Shown piece by piece: positions 11,330-24,300 of a stretch of 64,000 bases of DNA. A model generated the notes under the pieces. It did no database searches. It was given only the letters and a program-made list of their open reading frames with translations, and was not told the DNA's origin. Positions within the stretch are counted from its first letter, which is position 1; each line of letters opens with the position of its first letter. The DNA lies in assembly GCA_028534125.1 (NCBI GenBank), contig CM052816.1, forward strand, positions 5,892,001 through 5,956,000, in the 5' to 3' direction. The position numbers and the translations under genes are program-made. This DNA comes from Lama glama. Taxonomy: Eukaryota.

Positions 11330-11670
11330 ATTCATTTATTTCACAAATATTTATTAAATGGCACACTGTGTGTCAGGCACTGTGCTAGCCCTGGGAGGAT
11401 AAAATATTTTCCTGGAAGAACTCAAAGACTGATGAGTGGGAAACACAAGTGATTAGAATGTGGGGTGAGAAGTATTATGATTAGGAGCCAGGAAACAAAA
11501 GGGGGGCATAACTAAGCCACTCATACAGTGTTTCTGAGAAGGCTTCCAGGAAGAAGTGTCACTAAATCTGGGACCTACACAGCAGGTAGGATTGTGGCAG
11601 GTAAAGAATGGGAATATTTCAGACGCAGGTAAGCAGCATATGTAGACCTGGAGAGGCTGAGTGGTGCACT
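11330..11670 (-). mobile_element. LINE-2 3' fragment
   Basis: ttcatttatttcacaaatatttattaaatggcacactgtgtgtcaggcactgtgctag is the reverse complement of the L2 3' end; followed by gaaggcttccaggaagaagtg. Confidence 0.75.
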
Positions 11671-11930
11671 GCTTCCTCTGTCCCTGCCACCACCCTCTAG
11701 TACTGCAAACTCCATAATCACAACATACCTCTCCTACGTCGACAGTGACCTTGAAATAATGGGATGAATACATTTGGCATAGTTAGTGCCAGAGTCAAAC
11801 AGAGCTGAGTTCAAATCCTGGCTTCGCCAGTTCCTGGCTTTGTGACTGTGGTGAAGGGATTAGCATCTCTAAACCTCAGTTTCTACATAGGAAATGGAGA
11901 TCGGTAGTCATACCGTCATCTTAAGGCTGC

Positions 11931-12301
11931 TGCAAGTAAGAAAATGACCTCAAGTAAGGAAATGACCTGCAAGTAAGAAAAAATACATAAAGGGACATAG
12001 CGCAGCACCTGGACCAGGCAAATCCCCGGTGGTGGCGGCTTTTATTAATAGTGGTAGCGCAAGAACAAAGAATTCCTACAGCAAGAAGTTTGCAACAACC
12101 TACCACACCGCATCCCCTGTTTTTTTATATAAAAGGAGTCTGTATTCTGACCAGAGTAGGATGGTTCTCCAAGACAGTCTGCCATCCTCTCAGTCTGCCG
12201 CCATTCTGAATGAAGTCGCTATTCCTTGCCCCAGCACCTCGTCTCTCGATGATTTATTGGCCTGTCGTGCAGCGAGCAGAACGAGTTTGGACTCAGTAAC
12301 A
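11931..12301 (+). mobile_element. Solo ERV1-like LTR
   Basis: TATA box tatataaaagg at 12126-12136; degenerate poly(A) signal aatgaa at 12209-12214; U5-like end ggcctgtcgtgcagcgagcagaacgagtttggactcagtaaca; short U3 tandem repeats (caagtaag.aaatgacct); retained CpGs. The 5' boundary is uncertain. Confidence 0.75.
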
Positions 12302-13049
12302 GTAGGAGTTCCTAGGTCCACTAGGTCTGTTTAGATTAGGACCTCTCCGTGAAAAGAAATCTGACTTATTTTTCTTTGTGCCAACCTCATTGTACCTTGA
12401 ACTGCATAGACTTAATATCAGGTTCTCAGTGAGTACCTGCTGAAGGATTTGTTGATGTGAATTTTCCATTAAGCTGTTAAACAGATATTTACTGAGCACT
12501 TACTGTGTGCCAGGCACTGTTCCACTTTGGGTACAGCAGCGAACAAGGCATGTTCCCGGAAATTTCATCTTAGAATTCTGACCAGCAGTTTCGTAAAATA
12601 GATGGTGACTTATGCTTAAGAATCAGGTTTGGAAAATATCCCAAGCATGAGAATTACCTAAATTGATAGTGATAAGAACTGTAAATCCACTTGATGTTTC
12701 TGGAGAAACTGATTCCTTGTCTTAAGACCTCTTCAACCAATTCATTGTTTTTCCACCTGGCACTGGGTCCTGCCTGAATCTAAAATGATGATTTCCACTT
12801 CACTCCACAGTCTACATCACAGAGTCCCTCCCATGGTCCTTGTCCTCAACAGACCAGTTTGCTAATTCGCTTCTCTTTCTTTTTACTGCATTCCGCTGGT
12901 ACCTGAGAGGCTCTCTGTCTGCATAGGAAGAGAAGTGGATTATCAGTCAAGCTATTTAAGTTTTAAATTAAGTTTTGCTGCTAATCAATTTAGACAAATT
13001 TTTCATTTATTCCTTCAATGAATATTAACAGAGCACCTCATAGAGACAG

Positions 13050-13295
13050 AGCACAGCCTGGTTGAGGGTTCAGGCTTTGGAGTCAGAATGCCTGGGTTAG
13101 AAACTAGCTCTGCTCTTTTGCAGCCATCTAATAGCAGGTGAGTGACCTGACGACTCGGTGTCCGTATCTGCAGAATGAGGATAATAATCATACCCACCTC
13201 ATAGGATAGTTGTAAGTATTCAATGAGTTAATTCATGTAAAAATCTTAGAACAGCGTGTCTGAAACTAGCAGGTTCTCAATAAATGTTAGACACG
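13050..13295 (+). mobile_element. Near full-length MIR nested in an L2
   Basis: ggctttggagtcagaatgcctgggtt...gaggataataatcatacccacctcataggatagttg...ctcaataaatgttag; L2-like sequence on both sides. Confidence 0.88.
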
Positions 13296-13329
13296 ATTAC
13301 ATTTTTGTTAGTATTTGTTGTTACTGTCA

Positions 13330-13800
13330 AATGCCAGGCACTGTGTATGACAGTGAAGAAATAGTGGGGGAAAAAAGGGAGAATGGTATTTGTATCTAGA
13401 GACCTTGCTTTCTGATAGGTAAAGAGACATTAAAACAACTGAACACTCACATACATAGTTACAGATTTGATGGGTGCTATGAGGGAAATGAACAGGGCAC
13501 AGTGTGTGGACTAAAGAGGGCTATTTGAGCTAAGACCAAAAGAAAAAGTAGAAGGTCCAGTGGTGAAGAAGGCATGTGTGCCTATGGGTGAAGGACTGTC
13601 CAGGAGAAAGGAAAAGCATGCGTAAAGGCCCTGAGGCAGGGACTGACGGGCCTGTGTGGTTGCAGTGTGGAGACTGAGGTGGAGAGGGGGCTGACACAAT
13701 GGGCAGGGCCCAGGCCATGCAGTGCTGGGTGATGCTTATGGAGCTTGAAAATTTTCCTAAGGACAAAGGAAAGCTATCGGTGGTGCACCGTTTCCTTTCT
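13330..13800 (-). mobile_element. LINE-2 fragment
   Basis: tgccaggcactgtg...ggtgctatgagggaaa...gcgtaaaggccctgaggcagg, typical antisense L2 3' region. Confidence 0.7.
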
Positions 13801-14844
13801 GGCACACAGGATTGTATGAAAGACTCTCTCAAGTCTCTTTAACACTGAAGAATTTGAGATTCTGTGATGACTACCAAAAGAGAGACTGTTTCTTGGAAAA
13901 GTAGGAAAAAAATAAGGAAGCAGGGAGGGAAGAACGAAAGGAGGGAGGAGGGGAGGTAAGAAAGAAGGAAAGATGCTGTGACTAAAACCAGTGGAGGCAT
14001 GAAGTCTAGAGATGAAATGTTGAATATTCAACACAGACAAGACTCAGTACCTATCACATCTGTGTGCGTGTAGGTGTGTTTGACTTACGCACATATTGGT
14101 ACGTTCACTGATTTGGCAGGAAACCAAACCGGGGGAGCCTTTCGGTGGAAGACAAGTAAGACTAATGGGCTGGGAACGTTGGAAAAGGGGGAAAATGGGG
14201 TGTCAATCATTTTGGTTCAATGCATGATTACTGGATATAAAGATGCATCTGGAACAGCTTCTGCCAGAAAGCTGGTGTTCAGGAATTGAAATGCGGGCTG
14301 CAGCCTGGCCCAGCGGCTCCTGTCAGGAGCTGCTTGGTGGAAATCAAACAGAATTGCATTAGGAAAGGAGTGGCTGCGAAAGTACTCTCTGGAACAGAAA
14401 GTTTTATTGGAAGAAGGAAAAGAAAAAGGAGTTTCATCCAAAAGAAGAACTGACTCCAGGAATTCTAATTTGTTCCAGCCTTCAGGAGCTCAGAGGAACT
14501 TGGGACACTTCTTGGCTAGATATTCAGATGTGGCGGTGAAAAAAGGCATGCAAGGCAGTGAAAATCAAAAATAAAGAAGTGTTCTTTGGGCCCGATTTTT
14601 CATTTCCAGCTGAGTAGGGCTAAAATTTAAGAATTTTTTTTTAAAGGGGAAATACACACCGGTTCCACTCTGCAAATGCTTTATAACGCTAATACCACTC
14701 CAGCTTTCAGTACCTGCCCTTGATTTGGGCGTGTATGGCTGGGTATCTTACGACTCTCATAGCAAATGCTAGGAAAAATACTGATTTGTGTTACTTCAGT
14801 GCAGTGGGAAGTAAAAGGAGCCTCTTCTGGTTTATGCAAAGTTG

Positions 14845-15312
14845 TTTTTTTTTTTAATTGAAGTACAGTCAGTTACACTGTGTCAATTTTGGGTGTACAG
14901 TAAAATGTCCCAGTATGCATATACATAAATATGTTCATTTTCATATTGTTTTTCATTAAAGGTTATTACAAGATACTGCATATAGCTCTCTGTGCTATAC
15001 AGAAGAAATTTGTTTTTTTAAATCTATTTTATTTTAATCTATTTGCTAACATTTGCAAATCTCAAACTCCCTAATTTATCCCTTCCCACCTCCTTTCCCC
15101 CAGGAACCCTAAGATTGTTTACTATGTCTGCGAATCTATTTCTGTTTTGTAGATGAGTTCATTAGTGTCCTCTTTTTTTAGATTCCATGTATGAGTGATA
15201 TCATATGGTATTTTTCTTTCCCTTTCTGGCTTACTTCACTTAGAATGATGATCTCTAGTCCATCCATGTTGCTGCAAATGGCATTATTTTATTCTTTTTT
15301 ATGGCTGAGTAG
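14845..15312 (-). mobile_element. Young lineage-specific LINE-1, 5'-truncated
   Basis: Poly(T) followed by aattgaagtacagtcagttacactgtgtcaattttgggtgtacag...ccatccatgttgctgcaaatggcattattttattcttttttatggctgagtag. Confidence 0.92.
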
Positions 15313-16114
15313 TTCTTTTCTGGTAAAGAAATAGCCGCTAGTGAGTGGTTCACTTAGCATATGCCTAATTTGAGTTAATAACAGCAGCTGCCATTTAATG
15401 GACATTTACAATATGTTTCAGGTACTTAAAGCACATTATCTCATTGAATCTTCACAAAGTGTTACAAGATAGATTCTTGCATTCCCACTTTGCACAGGAG
15501 GAAAAAGAGGCTCAGAGAAGTTAAGGAGGTTGGGCAAAGGCATGTGTTGCTGGGATGGATATGCAGATCTGATTCTAAGCCCATTTTCCCTTTGAGCCCA
15601 CCTTTTTTTTTTTCTTGTCTATAAAATGGAGGTGGTTAATAGTATAATCTTTAAATCCTCATGTTTCCAAAGCTCCCTGAGGAAGACTACAGATTCACCA
15701 AGTTCACTAGTATTTGTGTTTTATGTGCTCTTCTTAGCTCAGAGCCCCCCCCACCCCCCATCCATTCTCAGCACTCCAGTGCATGCAAAGATCTCCTATC
15801 AGAACTTGTTCTGGGATCATTCAACATCCCCTGAGGTGCAAATGGTAGATCATAGAAATTAAAATTTAGCAATAGTTCTTTACTTTTCTGCAGGTGGTAG
15901 TCAAGGACTTACGCTTCCATTTTGCACTATCCCAATGTCATTGAGAAACAGACAAGATGAGCATTCTCCCAGACTTCAAATGAGACAGTACGGCTCCTAT
16001 AGGGAAAATAACTCAGCCAAGGCCACACAATGTGTTAAAAGCAGAGTCATGACTACAAGCTAACATCTCCTAATTCCTGGTCTGTCACCTTTTCCAGGAA
16101 AGCACGCTGCTTCA

Positions 16115-16400
16115 CTGAGTTGCAAACTCAGGGGCCAGGCAGGAAGCACAAATGGAACAAATGGGCAGGTGAGGGAACACTTTCCCCCTTGCCAGTGGTC
16201 TCTCAGCTTCAGGCAGACTTTACCAAGTGAAAAGGTCTAGATCTTTCCATTTTAAACAAGAGGGGCTGAGAATATGGATTTTTATGTGCAATTCCATGAT
16301 TTTTTAAAAAGCTTCCTCAAACTTTTGTTTTAATTCTCCTTGAGAGCTGATTACCACACATTTGTAAGCTGGAGTAACCACTGGGCAGTTTTCCACCTCT
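16115..16400. mobile_element. Ancient hAT-Charlie-type fossil (MER102-like)
   Basis: ctgagttgcaaactcaggggccaggcagg... start; similar sequence at about 18075-18290 and 21360-21490. Family call from memory. Confidence 0.45.
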
Positions 16401-16589
16401 GCCGCCCAAGGAAGAATATGGTTGCAGAGATGTCTAGCTGACAGCCCTTTCAACCATTGGGAATGCCCATTTCTTGGGAGAATCCAAATGTCAATCAGTC
16501 AAACCTCAGAGAACAGTAAGGAGTCGGGGTCCCAAACAAAGGAGGGCAGATAGAGACACTCCAAATCCCAGCTGCTGAGAAGGTTGGAC

Positions 16590-16762
16590 CTGTGGTGTGA
16601 TAATGAACCAGTTCTCCAGGAAAAAAAAAATTGCAGCATTTGCCAGTATTCCCACCATGGCCAATAGCTACTGATGGTTTAACAACCAGTTTGCAAAATT
16701 CATGACTAGTAACAATTAGTTCCAGATATTTAACAATGGGTACACCAGAGGCCAGTGATTCC
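16590..16762. mobile_element. MER63-like hAT MITE
   Basis: tgtggtgtgataatgaaccagttctcc...gcatttgcc...gatggtttaacaaccagtttgcaaaattc; reverse-complement similarity to 36425-36635. Confidence 0.55.
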
Positions 16763-16779
16763 AAAATGGTTGCATATGA

Positions 16780-16920
16780 TAATCACCAGTGAGCTTTTTA
16801 AAAGTTCAGCTTCTCAGGCCCACTTCAGATCTACTAAATCAGACTGTCTGTGGGTGGATCCTAGGAAGCTGTATTTTCAAAAAGCCTTCTGAAATGAGCA
16901 GTAAGATTTGGAAATCCCCA
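16780..16920. mobile_element. MER5-type MITE fragment
   Basis: aatcaccagtgagctttttaaaa...ggcccacttcagatctactaaatcaga...ctgtattttcaaaaagc. Confidence 0.65.
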
Positions 16921-17089
16921 ATGTAATCCCCATATCCAACTAGGAAAGAAATAGTCTTAGGAAGACAGCCTATCTAGAAAGTTAAGTGAAAGTATAGAAC
17001 AGAGATGATAAACCCAGGGCTCTGAAGAGACATGAGATAAGCATGTTAAATATCATAAAGTAATTATAATAATAAAACAAGTTTAATTA

Positions 17090-17312
17090 CTAATAGTAGT
17101 TTTTGAGTTCAGTCACTGTTCTAGATACTTTCCCTGCATAACTTCTTTTAATCCTCACAAGAACCCTTTGAGGTGAGGATCACTATTATTTCTATTTTAT
17201 ATATGGGGTGGAGAAAATAAATGACATGTCTGAGGTCCCAATGCTAGTATGCAGGAGAGTTGGGATTAGAATCCAGGCAGCCTGGATCTAGAAACTACAC
17301 TTTCAGCCACAA
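17090..17312 (-). mobile_element. MIR SINE
   Basis: tttaatcctcacaagaaccctttgaggtgagg...gggattagaatccaggcagcctgg. Confidence 0.8.
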
Positions 17313-18699
17313 TTAGGGAAAGCACCTTATTCCTGAAGGTAGAGATTATTTTGCATAGAGTAGCTGTACTCAGCAAGTTTTCATTGAATTAGACCAAGTA
17401 AAGGACAGGAGTTCATTAAAAAAAAATCATACCCTTCTCTCTTTCCCAGGGTATCTGGAAATCTTTGTAGGCTTTTATTCCATTCTAGTGACTTTTGACA
17501 AAGTCTATTTTGAATCCAGTAGTCCTTGAGCAGATAGATTTCCTGATTACTGACAGGAAGAGCTGAATCTTCTATCTCTCTCTCTCTCTTTGTTTTTTTT
17601 GTTGTTTTTTTTTTTTTTGTGGTTTTCTCTACTTGGCCGCGTCGATGACACTGACACTCCTTACACTAGCTCTGGAAGTGGACTCCACACCCCACGGGAG
17701 CTATACACCACCTGTTTCTAAGTCATCCTGCTTTCAGTCTTCCATTCAGCACGTCCTGGTCTCATATCATGACTGAGGCTAGAAACCAGCTTTTAGTGCA
17801 GATGTTCTGCCACACAAGACAGTCTGGCAGTCTGTCCTCACAGGGCAATCCTGGGACCATTAAACATTCTAGATCTTCCAGGCACACGGAGAAGAGAATG
17901 ATAACAACTCTGTAAAATCTTTAGGAGCTCTTTTTCAGAGAAAAAATTAAAAAACTAACCTTCATTTCCCTAGTATATAAAGCCAAATTTAGAAGAAATA
18001 AACCCAGGAAGGTCAAATAGTGCCTTACTGGAATGTTTATCTTCTGCTTTGTTTTAGAAAGGATTTAAGGCAAGAGTCTCAATCCCAAATGTCAACAGTG
18101 ACTGGACTGATGTAAATGAGAGGTGACCAGCAGGACACTGTGATGATTAGGAGAATACATGCCTCATCCAAAGGGAGAAACCACTGCCTAGGGTCAGCCT
18201 ATTGTGGACATGTCTGTCGATTTTTAAAGAGAAGGCACAGGACTTTCACTTGTGTTAATGAGACACTATGTAATTTGGACCTATAAGGACAAACAGAAAA
18301 GTGGGACAAAATACTTAAAAACCTGCTTGATGATGTAGAGGAGCTAAAAAGAGAGTGAAGAATCACAGAGTGAGGGTCTGGGGCTGGAGGAAAGTCAGTG
18401 TGAAGACTTTGTGTTTGGAGCTTCTTTTGCCCTGCAGACATTAAACAAGTCTAGAGTGAGCAGCTAAACTAAGTGGAGGCAGGAATAAGAAGGTGGGGAT
18501 CGGAGTTCAGAACCAAAACGTAGTGGCAGTGGAAAGAGGCCGCTAAACAATGACCACTTGGGGTTGGACCCAGAAGAGCTGCCCAGTAGGAGTGAGGATG
18601 AACCTGGAAAAAGATGCTTGTAGATACTGCAGTTTAGCTTCAAATCACCCCCGTCTCTGAAACTGGATTGAAATGAAGAGGGACTGCTATCAAGAAGGC

Positions 18700-21350
18700 A
18701 AACATATATATCCATCAGGGGAAAAAAACAATAACCCTATACCTCAAATTCTTTCTAGAAAAATTCTGCAATACAATGTCCAGCACACAATAAAAAATAA
18801 CCGGTTACACCAGAAGGTAAAACAGCGTAGATAAAATGAACAGACAAGAAGAGAAAATAGGGACAGACACATAAAGGCACAAGACATTAGATTAATCAGA
18901 CGTATATTTTATAGTCAGTCACACTTACTACCTTCTAGGGAATAAAGTAAATGATTGATGATTTCAGCAGGCTACTGAAAATCACGTAAAATAAGCAAGA
19001 GAAAATTTCAAATTTGAAAAGTACAAAGACTGACATTAAGAATTTTACAGGCATAATGGCAGATTGGATGGTTCTTAAAAAGAGAATTAGTAAACTTTAA
19101 GGTAGATCAAAAGAATAATAACAATTAAAGCATAGGAAGAGAAAAGGATGAAAAATTATTGTTGCTGTTTTATTTGTCCATATTTATTTATATTAATGCA
19201 TGTATTTATAATTTTTATTCCTTTTTATTTTATTCCATTCTGCATCTCTGAATTTCCATCTGGAATAATTTTCCTTCTTCTTGGATATTATCCTTTAGTT
19301 TTTCCACTAGTGTGAATCTATTGTTGACAAATACTTTTATAAACATTTATATGAAGATATTTTCATTTTACAATCTCTTTTGAAAGTAAGGTTTTTTTGG
19401 ATGTAGAGTCCACATTTGCAGTTATTTTATTTTAGCTCTTTAAAGATGTAATTCAGTCGTTTCTTGTGAAGTGTCAGTTGTCAGTCTTACTGTTGATCAC
19501 TACACAGTAATCTGTTTCTCCACCTCTTCCTCACTCTGAGTGCTTTTAAGAGTTTGTCTTTGGTTTCCAGCAATGTTACTATATTGTGTCTCTGTGTGAT
19601 TTCTTTTTTTTAAAACATTTTTTATTGATTTATAATCATTTTACAATGTTGTGTCAAATTCCAGTGTTCAGCACAATTTTTCAGTCATTCATGGATATAT
19701 ACCTGTGTGATTTCTTTTATTTACTATGCTTTGGTTGCATTGGACTTCTTAGTGAGTTAAGTATCCATTTCAATAACTTAAGAGAGAAGAAAATACAGTG
19801 TAGAAATTAATGAAATAGGAAATGTACAATAGAAAGATCAAGACACTCAAAACTAACCCCCAAAGAATCTTAGAGAAAGTGCCAGAGCAAATAAATAGGC
19901 ACAAAACCCACCATCGTCAGTGATATAACAGGTAACATCACTACCAGTCTTACAGAAGCAGACCAGTGGAATAGAAAAGAAAGACCAGAAGCAGAACCAC
20001 ATATACCTGGTCATTGGATTTATGACAGAGACACCACTGCAGTTCAGTAGAGAAAGAATGAACTTTTCAATAAATGACATCACCCACCAGTTGTATATCT
20101 AAATGGAAAAATTGATTCAAGACCCCTGTATCACACCACATAAAAAGTCAATTCCAGATGGATTAATCGAAGTGGAAAACATAAAGCCACCAGAAGTTAA
20201 TATAGACTATCATGATGTCCTCAGGGTGAGAGAAGTCTTCTTAAACAGGATAGAAATATCCAAAAAGGGAAAAAAAAAAACCTGATAAATTGTACTGAAT
20301 AGTTTCTGTTCTGAACATCAAGAGATACCATTAAGAGAGTGAAAATGCAAACTACAGAAAGGAAGAAGATATTTGCAACATACGCATTTGACCAAAGGCT
20401 TATATCTAGAACACCTACCAATCAGTAAGAAAAGCACAGACAACCCAGGAGGAAAATAGGGAAAAGGCATATTGTCTTATTATTTTGAAAAGCATATGAA
20501 CATTTCAATAAACGCAGACATGAAGCTAACCTCACAAATAATCAGGGGAAATACAAATTAAAATTGCAGTGAGTTATCATTCCACTCCCACCAGAATGGC
20601 TAAAATTAAAATGACTGACAATCCCAAGTGTTTGAGAGAATCTGGAGCAAGGAGAATCGTCACATACTGGTGGTGGGAGTGTAAACTGGCACCGTCACTT
20701 TGGAAATATTTGGCAGTACCTATTAAAACTGAACATCCTCATACCACTCCTAGGATTATTTCCAACAGAAATACGTGCACCTGTGCACAAGAGACCTATC
20801 CAAGAATATTTATAGACTCATTATGCAGAAGTGTAAGCAGCTCAACTGTCCATCAACAGCAGAATTACGGATGGATGAATTGTGACATACTCATTCAACA
20901 GAATCCTATACAGAAATGAAAATGAGTAAACTACACCCAAAAACAGCAATATGGATGAATCCCGTACGTGTAATACCAAGCAAAGGAAAACATATACACA
21001 CATAAAACTGTACCAAATTATCTCCTCCACATAAATTTCAAAAAGAAGGCAAAATGAAACTCTAACATTTAGGAATGTATGTTAGATGATAAATTTATTT
21101 TTTAAAAAAGATGTTATTTTAAGAGTCAGATAGGGATTCTCTTTGGCGGAACAGTGTTTTGTTTTTGTTTGTTTGGTTGGTTGGTTTTTTTTTTTTTTTT
21201 GGCCTAAAAGGGTAAAAGGAAGTATGATGGCAACGTTACATTTCTTGACCTGGGTGATGGTTACTCGAGCGTTAACTTTGTGATAATTCTTTGAGCGACA
21301 TAGTTTTGCTCTAAGTATATGTGTTAGACTTTACAATGTATGAAAGTTAA
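18700..21350 (+). mobile_element. Old rearranged LINE-1 (L1M-type): ORF1-region piece, inverted middle segment, ORF2 end and 3' UTR
   Basis: ORF 20569-20919 (YHSTPTRMAKIKMTDNPKCLRESGARRIVTYWWWECKLAPSLWK) matches the L1 ORF2p C-terminal cysteine-rich region; 3' UTR motif cttgacctgggtgatggttac near 21245; segment about 19160-19760 is T-rich and appears antisense. Confidence 0.8.
19608..19702 (-). mobile_element. Very short young L1 3' end with perfect 16-bp TSD
   Basis: ttttttattgatttataatcattttacaatgttgtgtcaaattccagtg...; TSD ctgtgtgatttctttt at 19592-19607 and 19703-19718. Confidence 0.9.
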
Positions 21351-24300
21351 AAGAGAGAGAGAAGCCAGAAACAGATTTTCAAATGAAATGCCTGGGTTTT
21401 TACAATGTTACCAACTGATTTTTTAAAAAAATTTAGAAATCTTTGTGGACCATACCCAGTTCATCTGTGAGCTGCTATTGTGTAACCTCTAAAGGTCACT
21501 CCTGTTTGATTAGGAAGTTATGGGCACTGGGTTCGTTTCTATTCCGGTGCAAGAATCTAAGAAGTTTGGGGCCACCAATTTCGTTTGCATGTAGAGAACC
21601 AGAGTTAGACTAAAGTAGCAAGTCAAACTTAAATTTCTCTCAGCTCTTTCTTTTACTTCTCTCTCCTCTCTCTGCCAGTGGTAGCAGATTCCCTAAGGAA
21701 AGCTCCAGGGAGAAATTTAAAAGCTTGTTTCTGACGTGTCCATGCGTGAAAACAGCATCACAAATAAAATAGGACTCATTCTGAGGCTGCCGAGGCTTCC
21801 TGGGGATTGTAAACCAGAGGAGCAACAATATGGTAATAGCGTTACCATTTTTGGAGAGCTGTCTCTATATCCAACCCTGTACAAAATTCTCTGCCTATCA
21901 CTTAATGATCATACCATTGAAATGTTCCTGTGCCGAGGGAATTATTGGATCTGTCTTAGAGATGAGAAAGTTGAGGCTCAAGAACATTGCAGGCCAGGGG
22001 CAAATGGCAGAGACTGGATTCTTGTTCAGGGTTGTTTATTACTAACTGTTACATACATCATACTTGTGAGGCTATCAGTCCCCATGTGAGATATAGAGAC
22101 ATCCTTCCAGGATGTCCTAGATTTTGTAGAGCAGAGACATAGATATTTGCATATTCAACCTGAAAAAGGGTTCCAGCTGCTTAAACCCTTACTACCTTGA
22201 GCACTCAATCAATACAGGTGATTGTTACAATCTGTTCATCCTCCCAGTTTCCCTGAGACCTGTGGTACAAGCTCAGTACAATTCAACAAAGCCCAGCCCA
22301 GTCCCCCTGCCTGAACACAAAGGGCACCAAGAGACAGAGAGAAAAGAGTTGTAAGAATCACAGACTGAAGAGCCAGTCTTCAGTCCATGATTGGTACATG
22401 ATCAAGGATTATACTGGCCGAATAGTGAGTGCTCATGAAATTCAGAAAACTAAAACCCTTTAGCCTTGGAAAATTCCACTGTAGAAGATCTGGTTATACT
22501 CCTCTACCCTAGAATGTGGGAACTGAGGAGCAGGGTGATAATGAAGATGGGGAAATAGTGGGAAGGGTTTCACTTCACACATGACTACTAGCTAGTGACA
22601 TGGCTGGACCTTGGGCGAGTCACTTCATCCCTCTGGCCTTTGTTGTCTGTCAAATGGGAGTGTTAGAATAGACATTGTTTTTAAAAGGACTTTAAACTTT
22701 TCTTTAAGATAAATCTTAACTGCAGTTCCAATATTAGGCAGTTAAGTAGTGAGGAGGAGAGGGTAAGTTTGTCTCATTGTTCCTCCTTCCCTGTGGAGCA
22801 GCCTGGAGGCAGCTTCTGGACCAGGACTTGGCACATAGTAGGTTCACAATGAATATCTGAAGAATAAACTGAGTATTCTTTGTTCTGGAGAGCATAATTT
22901 AAAACAATTTTGGGTAGGGTACTTTAAGGTTCCTTCTAACTCAAAAACTCTATAGTCACCCAAGGGATTTGCCTGAGAGCATCCTGGGAGCAAGGTAGGG
23001 GCAGAGCTGAGTGAAAGCTAGCTCTCCCATCTGGCGGTCCAGGGTCCCCGGGGTCACTCTCTGGCCCTTTGGCTATAGGCTGGTTCCATTGTGAGCTCTC
23101 CAGTTCAAGCTCCAGCTCTGCAGGGTTGTGTGGAGAGGTGTTCTGTGCTCTTCCTCTCATACTCCTTTAAACTCTGATTTGATTGTCACCTTTGCCTTGG
23201 ACATGTACCCTGATGAGAGGAAACACACACACACACGAGACAAAATGAAAGTTAATCCCGAGCCCTTCATGTCCCAGTGAAAGGTTGGGAACCGAAGATG
23301 CCTTTATCTTTAGCAGGGGAATTATGAAATAGCAGGGCTGGAGGATATCTAAAGGTCATCTCCAGGAGGGTATCACTGTGAAGACTGTGGACTCGAGGAC
23401 ACTTTTTTGAAAAGAAAAAGTTAAAAAAAAATAAGAGTGTGGACGGGCTTGGTTCAAATCTTAACTCTATCATTCATTGGCTAGAGGATCTTTGGCAAGA
23501 TCCCAAACTCTTTAGGAGTTCAGGTTTCTTTCTTTCTTTTCTTTTCTTTCTTTCTTCCTTTTTTCATAAAATGGGGATAACAGCATCTTTTACCTCATGG
23601 AGATACAGAGGTGGGGAGGTGAGGTGTGGGAAACCGTATAAAATGCCAAATATAGAGGCAGACAGCCAAGATGGGCTCAATCACTGTTAGCTATTATCAT
23701 TCTGACCAGCCAGCTGCTGAATGAATTCTCTTGACAATATTTGTGCCAAATGGTCCTCTGCTTAAAAACTCCCAGTAATGGAGAATTCACGACCTCAAGG
23801 GGAATCAGCTTCAACCTCAAGCATCTGAGCAGCTCAGACTTCCACTTTCCTTATGGGACAAGGCAGGCAGTCACTGAAAGCCAAGATGAGAATGTTCCAG
23901 GTGGGATCCTGGGGTGTGATGCCTCTCTGAGAGTTGAGCCTATAGTTAAACTTGAAATAAACAGAAGACTTCACCTTCCAAGTCTGTCAGGTTGGCAGTC
24001 TCTGTGCAAAGCTCACCTAAACCCAAATTACTAAGCTGCCAGACACAGGGAAACTCTGAAATAATTTTTTAGCAGCAAGGTTCCAATGTGGCAGACATCT
24101 ACCTGCTTCCTCTCCTGGTTTTTCTCCAGACCCTGGCCTGGCAGGCCAGGGGGTCCCCTGGGGATGCTTCTTTCTCAGTCTGAGATTTTAGACCATCATT
24201 TTCTGTAAATGTGAGCCCTTCAGGCACAATAACCTGAGATCCTTGTGCTGCCCGCCACCCCCCCCATGGTGAAAAATCTCGTGGACACATGATAATTCAT

